Source: an uncultured Eubacteriales bacterium
Lineage (GTDB): Bacteria > Bacillota > Clostridia > Oscillospirales > Acutalibacteraceae
Assembly (NCBI GenBank): GCA_900316925.1
Contig: ONEU01000048.1
Coordinates: forward strand, 1 to 57,888
Reading direction: 5' to 3'
DNA length: 57,888 nt
The notes under the pieces are model-generated. The model was not told the origin of the DNA. It saw only the letters and a list, made by a program, of their open reading frames with translations, and ran no database searches. The position numbers and the translations under genes are program-made. Below are positions 17,210-26,560 of this stretch, one piece after another. How positions within the stretch are numbered: position 1 is the first letter of the stretch; each line of letters starts with the position of its first letter.

Positions 17210-18430
17210 ATGTTCCAAGGAGAGCTTCTGGCGCCGGCAGGAGATGCAGAATGCTTTGAAAGCGCCCTGCAGTTCGGTGCCGATGCCATATATCTTGCCG
17301 GAAAGCAGTTCGGGATGCGGAGTGCACCGAGTAATTTTGAGATGGATACGCTTCGTTCCTGTATCCGGAAGGCACATGAAAAGAATGTGAAGGTCTATGT
17401 GACCTGTAATACCCTGCCCCGGAACGGGGAAATTGACCGTATGCCTGCCTTTCTCGAAGAGGTGGCGGATTGCGGTGCAGACGCTTTTATTATTGCCGAT
17501 CTCGGTGTTATGTCACTCGCAGCAAAATATGCGCCGCAGGTGGAGCGCCATGTGTCCACACAGGCAGGCGTTGTGAATTACCAGACTGTCAGGTGCCTGT
17601 ATGATATGGGTGCTTCCCGTGTGGTTCTTGCCAGAGAACTGTCTCTTGAGGATATCGCCGGTATCCGTGCCAAAACAGATCCGAAGCTGGAAATCGAGGT
17701 ATTTGTCCACGGCTCGATGTGTGTATCGTTTTCGGGAAGGTGTCTCATTTCCAGTTACATGATCGGACGGGATGCCAACCGGGGCGATTGCGCCCAGCCC
17801 TGCCGATGGAAGTACCATCTCTATGAGGAACATCGGGAAGGACAGTATTTTCCGGTGGTGGAGGAGGACGGGGGGACTTACCTCTATAACTCCCGTGATC
17901 TCTGCATGATCGAGCATATAGATGATGTACTGAAGGCCGGCGTTAAAAGTCTGAAGATTGAAGGCCGTGCGAAAGCAGCCTACTATGTAGCGGTAACCAC
18001 CAATGCCTACCGTCATGCTCTGGATGATTACTATGCCCAGGGCGAGAACTGGAAGCTGGCACCGTGGATCCGGGAGGAACTGGAAAAGGTGAGCCACCGG
18101 GAATACAATACCGGCTTTTTCTACGGCAGCGAACCCGGACAGGTCACGCAGAACGGCGGATATATCCGGAAATATGAGGTGGTTGCGGTGTGCGAAGACT
18201 ACCGTGACGGCGTTGCCCATCTTACACAGAGAAACCGATTTTTTGCCGGAGATACCCTGGATGTGCTTCCGCCGGGAGGTATCCCGTTTGAGGTGACGCT
18301 TCCCGTATTGTATAACGAAGCAGGGGAGCAGATCGAAGCCGCACCCCACGCCATGCAGAAGCTCACGGCTCCTTCCGGGACAGTGATTCCCAAGGGCTCC
18401 TTATTGCGAAAGGCGCGTATTACGGAATAA
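17210..18430 (+). CDS. Peptidase U32 family protein
   Basis: U32 signature EVFVHGSMCVSFSGRCLIS. N-terminal ELLAPAG....ALQFGADAIYL. Confidence 0.88.
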   Translation: MFQGELLAPAGDAECFESALQFGADAIYLAGKQFGMRSAPSNFEMDTLRSCIRKAHEKNVKVYVTCNTLPRNGEIDRMPAFLEEVADCGADAFIIADLGVMSLAAKYAPQVERHVSTQAGVVNYQTVRCLYDMGASRVVLARELSLEDIAGIRAKTDPKLEIEVFVHGSMCVSFSGRCLISSYMIGRDANRGDCAQPCRWKYHLYEEHREGQYFPVVEEDGGTYLYNSRDLCMIEHIDDVLKAGVKSLKIEGRAKAAYYVAVTTNAYRHALDDYYAQGENWKLAPWIREELEKVSHREYNTGFFYGSEPGQVTQNGGYIRKYEVVAVCEDYRDGVAHLTQRNRFFAGDTLDVLPPGGIPFEVTLPVLYNEAGEQIEAAPHAMQKLTAPSGTVIPKGSLLRKARITE

Positions 18431-18445
18431 AGAAAGGCGACAGTT

Positions 18446-18703
18446 ATGAATAATCCCAACAGGCATCGTGCCATTATGTTTGTGATTTTGTTTGGCGGCT
18501 TTTTGGTGATTATGATGGGGGCAGCTTTTGTGCGGGAAGAGATACTGCGGTATGTGTTGTTCGGGATCGGTATCGTGATGACAGTCATCGCCACGGTCTA
18601 CGGGATCAAAAAAGTGCGCTGTCCCTATTGTCACGCACTGTTGAGCCTGAAGCTCACGCATACCTTTACCTGTCCCTATTGTAAAAAACGGATTGATGAT
18701 TAA
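18446..18703 (+). CDS. Small membrane protein with C-terminal zinc ribbon (85 aa)
   Basis: Two hydrophobic helices followed by CPYC...(13 aa)...CPYC. Tightly packed between the U32 gene and uvrB. Confidence 0.55.
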   Translation: MNNPNRHRAIMFVILFGGFLVIMMGAAFVREEILRYVLFGIGIVMTVIATVYGIKKVRCPYCHALLSLKLTHTFTCPYCKKRIDD

Positions 18704-18718
18704 GAGGGGAGAGAAGTC

Positions 18719-20674
18719 ATGGATCAGTTCAAGTTAGTATCTGACTACCGTCCCACCGGCGACCAGCCCCGTGCTATTGATGAGCTGGTCAACAGTATCC
18801 GTGCCGGGCACAAGGAGCAGACCCTCCTGGGAGTGACCGGTTCCGGTAAAACCTTTACCATGGCAAATGTCATTGAACGTCTGAACCGTCCCACGCTGGT
18901 CCTGGCTCATAATAAGACATTGGCCGCACAGCTGTGCTCCGAGTTTAAGGAGTTTTTTCCCGAAAACGCCGTGGAGTATTTTGTTTCCTACTATGATTAC
19001 TATCAGCCGGAGGCTTATGTTCCCACAACTGACACCTATATTGAAAAGGACAGCTCCATCAACGACGAGATCGACAAGCTGCGTCACTCTGCGACACTGG
19101 CGTTGTCCGAGCGCCGTGATGTGATCATCGTGTCGAGCGTGTCCTGCATCTACTCTCTGGGTAACCCGATCGACTATCGAACGATGGTGATCTCTCTGCG
19201 TCCGGGGATGGAGAAATCCCGTGACGAGCTGTTATCAAAGCTGGTGGAGCTCCAATACGAGCGCAACGACATTGACTTCACCCGTAACAAATTCCGTGTA
19301 CGCGGTGATGTCGTGGAGATATTCCCGGTATCGTCATCGGATACGGTGATCCGGGTGGAGTTCTTCGGCGACGAGATCGACCGTATCACGGAGGTCAACG
19401 CACTGACCGGGGAAGTGAAGGGAACTGTCCGTCATGCCGCCATCTATCCCGCCTCACACTATATTGTCCCCCGGGATAAGATGGAGGGCGCAATTCACAC
19501 CATTGAAGAGGAGCTGGAACAGCGCATCCGTTTCTTCAATGACCGTGGGAAGCTCCTGGAAGCGGAACGAATTGCCCAGCGCACCCGCTACGATATTGAA
19601 ATGCTGCGGGAGATCGGTTTCTGCACCGGTATTGAGAACTACTCGCGGGTGTTATCCGGGCGTGCCCCGGGATCCGCGCCATATACGCTGCTGGATTATT
19701 TCCCGAAGGATTTTCTGCTGTTTGTGGATGAGTCTCATGTAACGCTTCCACAGGTGCGGGGAATGTACGGGGGCGACCGGGGCAGAAAAGAAAACCTGGT
19801 AGAATACGGTTTTCGGCTGCCATCCGCTTATGATAACCGTCCGCTGAATTTTGACGAGTTCTACGAGAGGATCCATCAGGCGATATTTGTCAGCGCCACC
19901 CCCGGCGATCTGGAAAAGGAAAGGAGCGCCGTGATTGCCGAGCAGGTAATCCGACCGACGGGACTGCTTGATCCTGAGATCAGTGTCCGGCCGGTGGAGG
20001 GACAGATGGACGATCTGATCTCTGAGATCAATCTGCGGACAGCGCGGCAGCAGCGGGTTCTTGTCACCACCCTGACCAAGAAGATGGCGGAGGATCTGAC
20101 AGAATATTTCACCACCGTCGGAATCCGTGTACGCTATATGCACCATGATATTGACACTGTAGAGCGGATGGAGATCATCCGTGACCTTCGTCTGGGAGAA
20201 TTTGATGTGCTTGTAGGCATCAACCTTCTGCGAGAGGGACTGGACATTCCGGAGGTATCACTGGTTGCCATCCTGGATGCGGATAAGGAGGGCTTTCTGA
20301 GAAGTGAGCGTTCCCTGATCCAGACGATTGGTCGAGCCGCCCGAAATGCGGAGGGCAAGGTCATCATGTATGCGGATGTGGTGACCGACTCTATGGAGAA
20401 GGCTATTGAGGAGACCGAGCGCCGACGATCGATCCAGCAGCACTACAATGAGGAGCACAACATTACGCCGCAGACAATCGTGAAGAAGGTCAACGATATC
20501 ATTGAGATATCCACTCATGCAGATGACGATAAAAAGCCGCAGAAGAAGCTGAGCAAAGCGGAGCGTGAAAAGCTGATCGAGCAGCTGACCAAAGAAATGA
20601 AAGCAGCCGCCAAGCTACTGGAGTTTGAACACGCCGCCTACCTGAGAGACAAAATCAAGCAGCTTCGCGGATAG
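18719..20674 (+). CDS. uvrB: Excinuclease ABC subunit B
   Basis: [21 protein letters not shown], helicase motifs, and C-terminal UVR domain ([14 protein letters not shown]). Ends with TAG. Confidence 0.97.
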   Translation: MDQFKLVSDYRPTGDQPRAIDELVNSIRAGHKEQTLLGVTGSGKTFTMANVIERLNRPTLVLAHNKTLAAQLCSEFKEFFPENAVEYFVSYYDYYQPEAYVPTTDTYIEKDSSINDEIDKLRHSATLALSERRDVIIVSSVSCIYSLGNPIDYRTMVISLRPGMEKSRDELLSKLVELQYERNDIDFTRNKFRVRGDVVEIFPVSSSDTVIRVEFFGDEIDRITEVNALTGEVKGTVRHAAIYPASHYIVPRDKMEGAIHTIEEELEQRIRFFNDRGKLLEAERIAQRTRYDIEMLREIGFCTGIENYSRVLSGRAPGSAPYTLLDYFPKDFLLFVDESHVTLPQVRGMYGGDRGRKENLVEYGFRLPSAYDNRPLNFDEFYERIHQAIFVSATPGDLEKERSAVIAEQVIRPTGLLDPEISVRPVEGQMDDLISEINLRTARQQRVLVTTLTKKMAEDLTEYFTTVGIRVRYMHHDIDTVERMEIIRDLRLGEFDVLVGINLLREGLDIPEVSLVAILDADKEGFLRSERSLIQTIGRAARNAEGKVIMYADVVTDSMEKAIEETERRRSIQQHYNEEHNITPQTIVKKVNDIIEISTHADDDKKPQKKLSKAEREKLIEQLTKEMKAAAKLLEFEHAAYLRDKIKQLRG

Positions 20675-20705
20675 CTTTTAGTTATTGATATAGGGGCAGT
20701 TTTTT

Positions 20706-20743
20706 GGGGGAAACCCTTTTCCGGCGGAAAAAGGGTTATCCCC
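20706..20743. repeat. Long palindromic hairpin downstream of uvrB, similar in style to the core of the MITE-like repeat
   Basis: GGGGGAAACCCTTTTCCG-G-CGGAAAAAGGGTTATCCCC forms a stem of about 17 bp. There is no 3' T-run, so it is not a canonical terminator. Confidence 0.6.
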
Positions 20744-20830
20744 AAGCCCCCTTCCTAAAACCGCCGAATCCGTCAAGCTGCCGGTCCCGTGTTTACAACG
20801 ACTGACTATTATTATCCGAAAGATTTGTAG

Positions 20831-20870
20831 TCGTCTGCAACTGCAAGTATTCTCGTCTACAACTGCTAAG
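20831..20870 (+). promoter_or_regulatory. Direct repeat pair (22-nt phase) upstream of the SMI1/KNR4 gene
   Basis: TCGTCTGCAACTGCAAG (20831) and TCGTCTACAACTGCTAAG (20853), just upstream of an extended -10. Confidence 0.3.
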
Positions 20871-20888
20871 CAGCAGGCACGGGTACTA

Positions 20889-20897
20889 TGATAGAAT
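20889..20897 (+). promoter_or_regulatory. Extended -10 promoter element (TGaTAGAAT)
   Basis: TGnTAnAAT match about 80 nt upstream of the SMI1/KNR4 start. No good -35. Confidence 0.35.
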
Positions 20898-20976
20898 ACA
20901 AAACTTGAACTTTTGAAAAAAAGCCGGTAAGCGCCCCGTCAAGGAGCTTGCCGGAGCGGTTGACAAATGGAGGAAA

Positions 20977-21753
20977 ATGATGGATAATACTGATTTGGAA
21001 GTGAATGTAACGGGGTTGGAGATGATCATACGGGATGATGATGTCAATATCACAGGCCTGGAACAGATCCGACAGGTGTATGAGACGGATATGCCGCCGG
21101 TGTCACCGTTTGCGGTGGAACTGATCAGACTGACCGCCAACGCCAGAGAACTGGATATGGAACATAAAATGCTGGGAGCAGAGAAGCATCACTATGAATT
21201 TGCACCGGTAGCTGCAATGTCTGCCGTGAGAGATTTTGAAAAACGGCATCATATCCGTCTGCCGGCGGCTTATGTGGAGTTCCTGACCCAGGTTGGTAAT
21301 GGCGGTGCCGGTCCCGATTACGGTCTCTATTCGTTGGAGGAAGTGGAATTCTATAACTTCTACGTCCATTCCGGCAGGACCGTTCCGTATGCGTCTGTGA
21401 GGGAGGAAGAGGATTACTATACCCTCGCCTATCAGAGTGAACAGACTCCGATGGTGCTGGATTCTGCCTTGACAGAAACAAAATGGAATACAATCTGTGC
21501 AGAGCTTGACGCTTTGCAGTATCATCAGCAGGAAGAGGAATACCTGCAAAAACGTCGTCAGATCTATAACGGAACTCTGAAAATCGTCAATTCCTTTGAC
21601 AGCAGCGGTTTATTGCTGATCTGCAGCGGAGATATGGACGGCGAAGTGGCGGAGCTGTCCGAGGATCTGACCATGCCGCGGTATCACGGTATGCGCTTTG
21701 AAGACTGGATGCTTGCGTACTTTAAAGACGTTGTGAGAGAATTCAGTCATTAG
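20977..21753 (+). CDS. SMI1/KNR4 (SUKH-1) family protein
   Basis: The core AVRDFEKRHHIRLPAAYVEFLTQVGNGGAGPDYGLYSLEE is the typical SUKH/SMI1 motif. Ends with TAG 23 nt before the parE start. Confidence 0.7.
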   Translation: MMDNTDLEVNVTGLEMIIRDDDVNITGLEQIRQVYETDMPPVSPFAVELIRLTANARELDMEHKMLGAEKHHYEFAPVAAMSAVRDFEKRHHIRLPAAYVEFLTQVGNGGAGPDYGLYSLEEVEFYNFYVHSGRTVPYASVREEEDYYTLAYQSEQTPMVLDSALTETKWNTICAELDALQYHQQEEEYLQKRRQIYNGTLKIVNSFDSSGLLLICSGDMDGEVAELSEDLTMPRYHGMRFEDWMLAYFKDVVREFSH

Positions 21754-21776
21754 AATCAGGAAATGGGGAAAGAGCA

Positions 21777-23762
21777 TTGGCAAAAAAACAAATGCAGACT
21801 TATGGCAATGAAAGTATCACCTCTCTGAAAGGAGCCGACAGGGTCAGAAAACGTCCTGCCGTCATTTTTGGCTCGGACGGAATCGAGGGCTGTCAGCACT
21901 CGGTCTTTGAGATCCTGTCCAACTCAATTGACGAGGCAAGAGAGGGTTTCGGACGGGAGATCATTATTACTAAGTACGAGGATCAATCCATCGAGATCGA
22001 GGACTTCGGCAGAGGTATCCCGGTGGATTATAACAAAAACGAGGAACGCTATAACTGGGAACTGGTATTCTGTGAGCTGTATGCAGGCGGTAAGTATAAC
22101 AACAGCGAAGCAGAGAGCTATGAGTTTTCATTGGGTCTCAACGGACTGGGACTCTGCTCCACCCAGTATTCTTCGGAGTACATGGACGTGGATATCCGTC
22201 GTGACGGCACACGCTTCACCCTGCACTTTGAGAAGGGTGAGAATATCGGCGGCCTGCATCGTGAACAGTATACGGGCAGAAAAACCGGTACAAAAATCCA
22301 TTGGAAGCCCGATCTGGAGGTGTTCACCGATATCAACATCTCTGATGACTACTTCCTGGATACCATCAAGCGTCAGGCGGTTGTCAATGCGGGCATTCAT
22401 TTTGTGTTCCGCTCCCAGAAGGACGGCCGGTTCGAGACAACCGAATTTCAGTATGAAAACGGTATTGCCGATCATGTCAGGGAACTGGTAGGGGAGGATG
22501 CACTCTCTCAGGTACAGTTCTGGCAGACAGAACGGATGGTGAGGGACCGTGACGACAAGCCCGAATATAGAACCAAGATCAATATCTCTCTTGCTTTTTC
22601 CAACCGGGTGAGCACGGCGGAATACTACCATAATTCCAGCTGGCTGGAATACGGCGGCGCTCCGGAGAGGGCTGTGAAGAACGCTTTTCTCTACTCCATT
22701 GACGCCTATCTGAAACAAAACGGCAAGTACAATAAAAACGAGAGTAAGATCAACTTTGATGATGTCAAGGATTGTCTTGTGATCGTGATCTCCTCGTTCT
22801 CCAGTGTGACGTCCTATGAGAATCAGACGAAAAAGGCCATCACGAATAAGGGAATCCAGGATGCGCTGACGGAATACCTGCGTCATCAGCTGGAAGTGTA
22901 TTTTATCGAGAATAAGCTGGATGCAGAGAAGATTGCGTCCCAGGTGCTCATCAATAAGCGCAGTCGTGAGAGTGCCGAGAAAACCAGGCTGAACATCCAG
23001 CGCACCCTTGCCGGTAAAATGGATATGACCGGCAGGGTCGCCAAGTTTGTGGACTGCCGCAGTAAGGATAAATCCGAGCGTGAACTGTTCATCGTGGAGG
23101 GTGATTCGGCTCTGGGCGCCTGTAAGCAGGCGAGAAATCCTGATTTCCAGGCCATCATTCCCATCCGCGGCAAGATCCTCAACTGCCTGAAGGCCGATTA
23201 TGACAAGATCTTCAAGAGCGAGATCATCACCGATCTGCTGAAGGTATTAGGCTGCGGTGTAGAGGTCAGGTCCAAGGCCAACAAGGAACTGGCATCCTTT
23301 GATCTTGATCTGCTGCGGTGGAACAAGGTGATTTTCTGTACCGATGCCGATGTTGACGGCTTCCACATCCGCACGTTGCTGCTGACCATGATCTATCGTC
23401 TCACACCGACGCTCATCAGAGAGGGAAAGGTATTTATCGCGGAATCTCCGCTATATGAGATCAACACCAAGGATAAGGTCTATTTTGCCTATACGGAGGC
23501 GGAAAAGGAACAGTTTGTCAAGGAGATCGGCAATAAGAAATTCACCATCCAGCGCTCCAAAGGACTGGGTGAAAACGAGCCGGAAATGATGAGCCTGACG
23601 ACGATGAATCCTGCCACACGGCGCCTGATAAAGATCATGCCCGATGAAGCTGCCAGAACCTCGGAGCTGTTTGATGTGCTGCTGGGCGACAACCTCAGTG
23701 TCAGACGGGATTATATCATCGAAAACGGGTATAAATACATTGACGATCTGGATGTTTCATAA
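21777..23762 (+). CDS. parE: Type IIA topoisomerase subunit B (topoisomerase IV ParE-like)
   Basis: GHKL ATPase N-terminus (VRKRPAVIFGS...EILSNSIDEA, GRGIPVD), Toprim EGDSA and DADVDGFHI. TTG start at 21777 after GGGGAAAGAG; the alternative ATG is at 21792. Confidence 0.88.
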   Translation: MAKKQMQTYGNESITSLKGADRVRKRPAVIFGSDGIEGCQHSVFEILSNSIDEAREGFGREIIITKYEDQSIEIEDFGRGIPVDYNKNEERYNWELVFCELYAGGKYNNSEAESYEFSLGLNGLGLCSTQYSSEYMDVDIRRDGTRFTLHFEKGENIGGLHREQYTGRKTGTKIHWKPDLEVFTDINISDDYFLDTIKRQAVVNAGIHFVFRSQKDGRFETTEFQYENGIADHVRELVGEDALSQVQFWQTERMVRDRDDKPEYRTKINISLAFSNRVSTAEYYHNSSWLEYGGAPERAVKNAFLYSIDAYLKQNGKYNKNESKINFDDVKDCLVIVISSFSSVTSYENQTKKAITNKGIQDALTEYLRHQLEVYFIENKLDAEKIASQVLINKRSRESAEKTRLNIQRTLAGKMDMTGRVAKFVDCRSKDKSERELFIVEGDSALGACKQARNPDFQAIIPIRGKILNCLKADYDKIFKSEIITDLLKVLGCGVEVRSKANKELASFDLDLLRWNKVIFCTDADVDGFHIRTLLLTMIYRLTPTLIREGKVFIAESPLYEINTKDKVYFAYTEAEKEQFVKEIGNKKFTIQRSKGLGENEPEMMSLTTMNPATRRLIKIMPDEAARTSELFDVLLGDNLSVRRDYIIENGYKYIDDLDVS

Positions 23763-23835
23763 GGAAAAAGGAACCCACCGATGACTACCAACGCCGCTGC
23801 GTTACCCTCAACAGAAAAAAGGGGAGAAGGAAATA

Positions 23836-26073
23836 ATGGCAAGAAAAAAGAAAAGCACGGGAAGTGACGCTGCACCGAAGCTGCAGGGCTATATTGCCGG
23901 AGCAGGAGAGATCGTGGAGGAGAAGATTGTCTCCACGCTCACCGAAAACTTCATGCCCTACGCGATGAGTATTATCCTCAGCCGTGCCATTCCCGAAATA
24001 GACGGTTTCAAGCCGTCACACCGCAAGCTGCTCTATACCATGTATAAAATGGGGCTGCTTGGTTCCACCAGGACAAAATCCGCCAATATCGTCGGACAGA
24101 CCATGAAGCTCAATCCCCATGGTGATGCTGCCATTTATGATACCATGGTGCGTCTGAGCCGCGGGTACGAAGCCCTGCTGCATCCGTATGTGGATTCCAA
24201 GGGAAACTTCGGTAAGTTTTACAGCCGCGACATGGCATGGGCTGCTTCACGATATACCGAAGCAAAGCTCGATCCGATCTGCAGCGAGTTGTTCAACGAT
24301 ATTGACAAGGATACCGTGGACTTTGTCGATAACTACGATAATACCCTGAAAGAGCCGACATTGCTGCCGGCAGCCTTTCCCTCCGTGCTGGTAAACGCCA
24401 ATACCGGTATTGCGGTGGGTATGGCCAGCTCGATCTGTTCATTCAACCTGGAAGAAGTCTGCCGTACCACGATCGGACTGCTGAAAGACCCCGATTTTGA
24501 CATTATGTCCACTCTGATTGCTCCCGATTTTACCGGCGGGGCACAGATCATCTATGATAAGGACGTCATCCGCAATATCTATGAGACCGGACGGGGCAGT
24601 ATCCGTTTACGCGGCCGCTACACATACGATAAATATGCCAACTGCATTGATATCCTGAGCATACCGCAGACCACCACCTCTGAGGCCGTGATCGAGAAGG
24701 TCATTGACCTTGTCAAACAGGGAAAGATCCGTGAGATTTCCGATATCCGTGACGAAACAGGTATTGACGGTCTGAAAATCACCATTGACCTCAAGCGCGG
24801 CACGGATGCCGACAAGCTCATGCAGAAGCTGTATAAAATGACGCCGCTGGAGGATTCCTTCTCCTGCAATTTTAATGTTCTGATTGCCGGGACACCGCGG
24901 GTACTTGGTGTGCGTGAACTGCTCAATGAGTGGTCAGCCTTCCGCATTGAGTGTGTCAAACGCAGAACCTATTATGATCTGCACAGGAAACAGGACAGAC
25001 TGCACCTCCTGCGCGGTCTGGAAAAGATTCTGCTGGATATTGACAAAGCCATCAGGATCATCCGCAACACCGAAGAGGAGAGCATGGTGGTTCCGAACCT
25101 CATGGATGGCTTTGACATTGACCAGGTGCAGGCGGAATACGTTGCCGAGATCAAGCTCCGTCACCTCAACCGGGAGTATATCCTCAAGCACACCAATGAT
25201 ATTGCCCAGCTGGAAAAGGATATTGCCGAGCTGGAATCCGTCCTTGGCAGCAATACAAAGATCAAGAAGATCATCATCCGGGAGCTGGAGGAGATCATCA
25301 AGAAATACGCCCAGCCCCGCCGCAGCATGATGATATATGCGGATGAGATCGCCGAGGTCAGCACCGAGGAAGAGGTGCCGGATTATGCGGTCAATCTCTT
25401 CTTTACGAAAGAGGGCTATTTCAAGAAGATCACGCCCTTGTCGCTGCGGATGGGCGGCGAGCATAAGCTTAAGGAAGGGGATGAGATTCTGGAGCACTTC
25501 GAGGTCACCAATAACATTGACCTCATCTTCTTCTCCGACCGCCAGCAGGCTTACAAAGCCAAGGCACCGCAGTTTGCCGATACCAAAGCCAGCGTACTGG
25601 GGGATTACATCCCCTCCAAGCTTGGGTTCGATGAGGGAGAGAGTGCGGTGTATATGATTCCCACGAAGGATTATCATGGCACGGTGTTCTTCTTCTTTGA
25701 AAACGGCAAGGCAGCGAAGATTGCATTGGAAGCTTATGCCACCAAGACCAACCGCAAAAAGCTGACAGGAGCCTATTCCGATAAGGATAAGCTGGCCGCC
25801 GTGCTTTATGTGGAGGATGACGAGCAGGAAATTCTTGTAAAATCCTCCTCCGGCAGAATGCTGATTGTTAAGGCATCCGATCTGGTGACGAAGACCTCCC
25901 GTACCACACAGGGCGTGGCGCTGTTCAAGCTGAAAAAGGGCCACCGGATCATTTCTGCCGAAATCTATGAGGAGGGAATGTTATCCGCCCCCGACCGTTA
26001 CCGCACCAAAACGATTCCGTCCGCCGGACAGCTGCCGCGCACGGATGAAAACGGCGAACAGATCACCTTCTGA
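23836..26073 (+). CDS. parC: Type IIA topoisomerase subunit A (topoisomerase IV ParC-like)
   Basis: Y.MS.I..RA.P...DG.KP.HRK.LY, GQTMKLNPHGD, and catalytic region AASRYTEAKL. It is 745 aa with a short C-terminal domain. Confidence 0.88.
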   Translation: MARKKKSTGSDAAPKLQGYIAGAGEIVEEKIVSTLTENFMPYAMSIILSRAIPEIDGFKPSHRKLLYTMYKMGLLGSTRTKSANIVGQTMKLNPHGDAAIYDTMVRLSRGYEALLHPYVDSKGNFGKFYSRDMAWAASRYTEAKLDPICSELFNDIDKDTVDFVDNYDNTLKEPTLLPAAFPSVLVNANTGIAVGMASSICSFNLEEVCRTTIGLLKDPDFDIMSTLIAPDFTGGAQIIYDKDVIRNIYETGRGSIRLRGRYTYDKYANCIDILSIPQTTTSEAVIEKVIDLVKQGKIREISDIRDETGIDGLKITIDLKRGTDADKLMQKLYKMTPLEDSFSCNFNVLIAGTPRVLGVRELLNEWSAFRIECVKRRTYYDLHRKQDRLHLLRGLEKILLDIDKAIRIIRNTEEESMVVPNLMDGFDIDQVQAEYVAEIKLRHLNREYILKHTNDIAQLEKDIAELESVLGSNTKIKKIIIRELEEIIKKYAQPRRSMMIYADEIAEVSTEEEVPDYAVNLFFTKEGYFKKITPLSLRMGGEHKLKEGDEILEHFEVTNNIDLIFFSDRQQAYKAKAPQFADTKASVLGDYIPSKLGFDEGESAVYMIPTKDYHGTVFFFFENGKAAKIALEAYATKTNRKKLTGAYSDKDKLAAVLYVEDDEQEILVKSSSGRMLIVKASDLVTKTSRTTQGVALFKLKKGHRIISAEIYEEGMLSAPDRYRTKTIPSAGQLPRTDENGEQITF

Positions 26074-26096
26074 CGTATCCCGTAAGGAGTTCCGAA

Positions 26097-26399
26097 ATGA
26101 GAAAAGCAACGATTGATCCCAACCGGCAGTGTCCGAAATGCCGAACGGCAGAGCATCAGGTCAATATCGGCTACAACCGTTCCGGCACACGGCGCTGTCA
26201 GTGCAGGATCTGCGGTATGCGCTATACGCCTGAACCGAAGAAGCATGAATATCCTGATGAGATCAAGCAGCAGGCGCTGCGGATGTACCGGAGCGGTGCC
26301 AGCGGCAGAGCCATCGGCAAAGCATTGGGAATGAATAAAGCCAACGTGTACCATTGGCTCCGGACAGAGAAAAAGGAGCCGGTGGAAAGTGACGAATAG
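26097..26399 (+). CDS. IS1 InsA-like zinc-ribbon plus HTH protein (orphan, 100 aa)
   Basis: CPKC...(19 aa)...CRIC zinc ribbon, then HTH ...RMYRSGASGRAIGKALGMNKANVYHWLR. Strong RBS TAAGGAG 23 nt after the parC stop. No InsB/DDE ORF follows. Confidence 0.65.
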   Translation: MRKATIDPNRQCPKCRTAEHQVNIGYNRSGTRRCQCRICGMRYTPEPKKHEYPDEIKQQALRMYRSGASGRAIGKALGMNKANVYHWLRTEKKEPVESDE

Positions 26400-26483
26400 C
26401 GAAGAGCGCCGCCGTCGGAGCACTGTCTGTATGAATCACATCATAATACACGCTAATTATCCGCATCCGTTATCAGAAACTAC

Positions 26484-26512
26484 TTGATTTTATCAGAAAG
26501 ATATGATAATAT
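26484..26512 (+). promoter_or_regulatory. Sigma-A promoter of secG
   Basis: -35 TTGATT, 17-nt spacer, -10 TAATAT. Confidence 0.5.
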
Positions 26513-26560
26513 AGATAAGTATTGTTAAGCAAGTAGCTACTTTTTAGGAGGATTAAAAAT

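Noticed and set aside
26074-26560. A complete IS1-type insertion sequence around the InsA-like gene
   Set aside because: There is no InsB/DDE frame and no terminal inverted repeats, and only 23 nt separate it from parC. At most it is a remnant or a domesticated gene.
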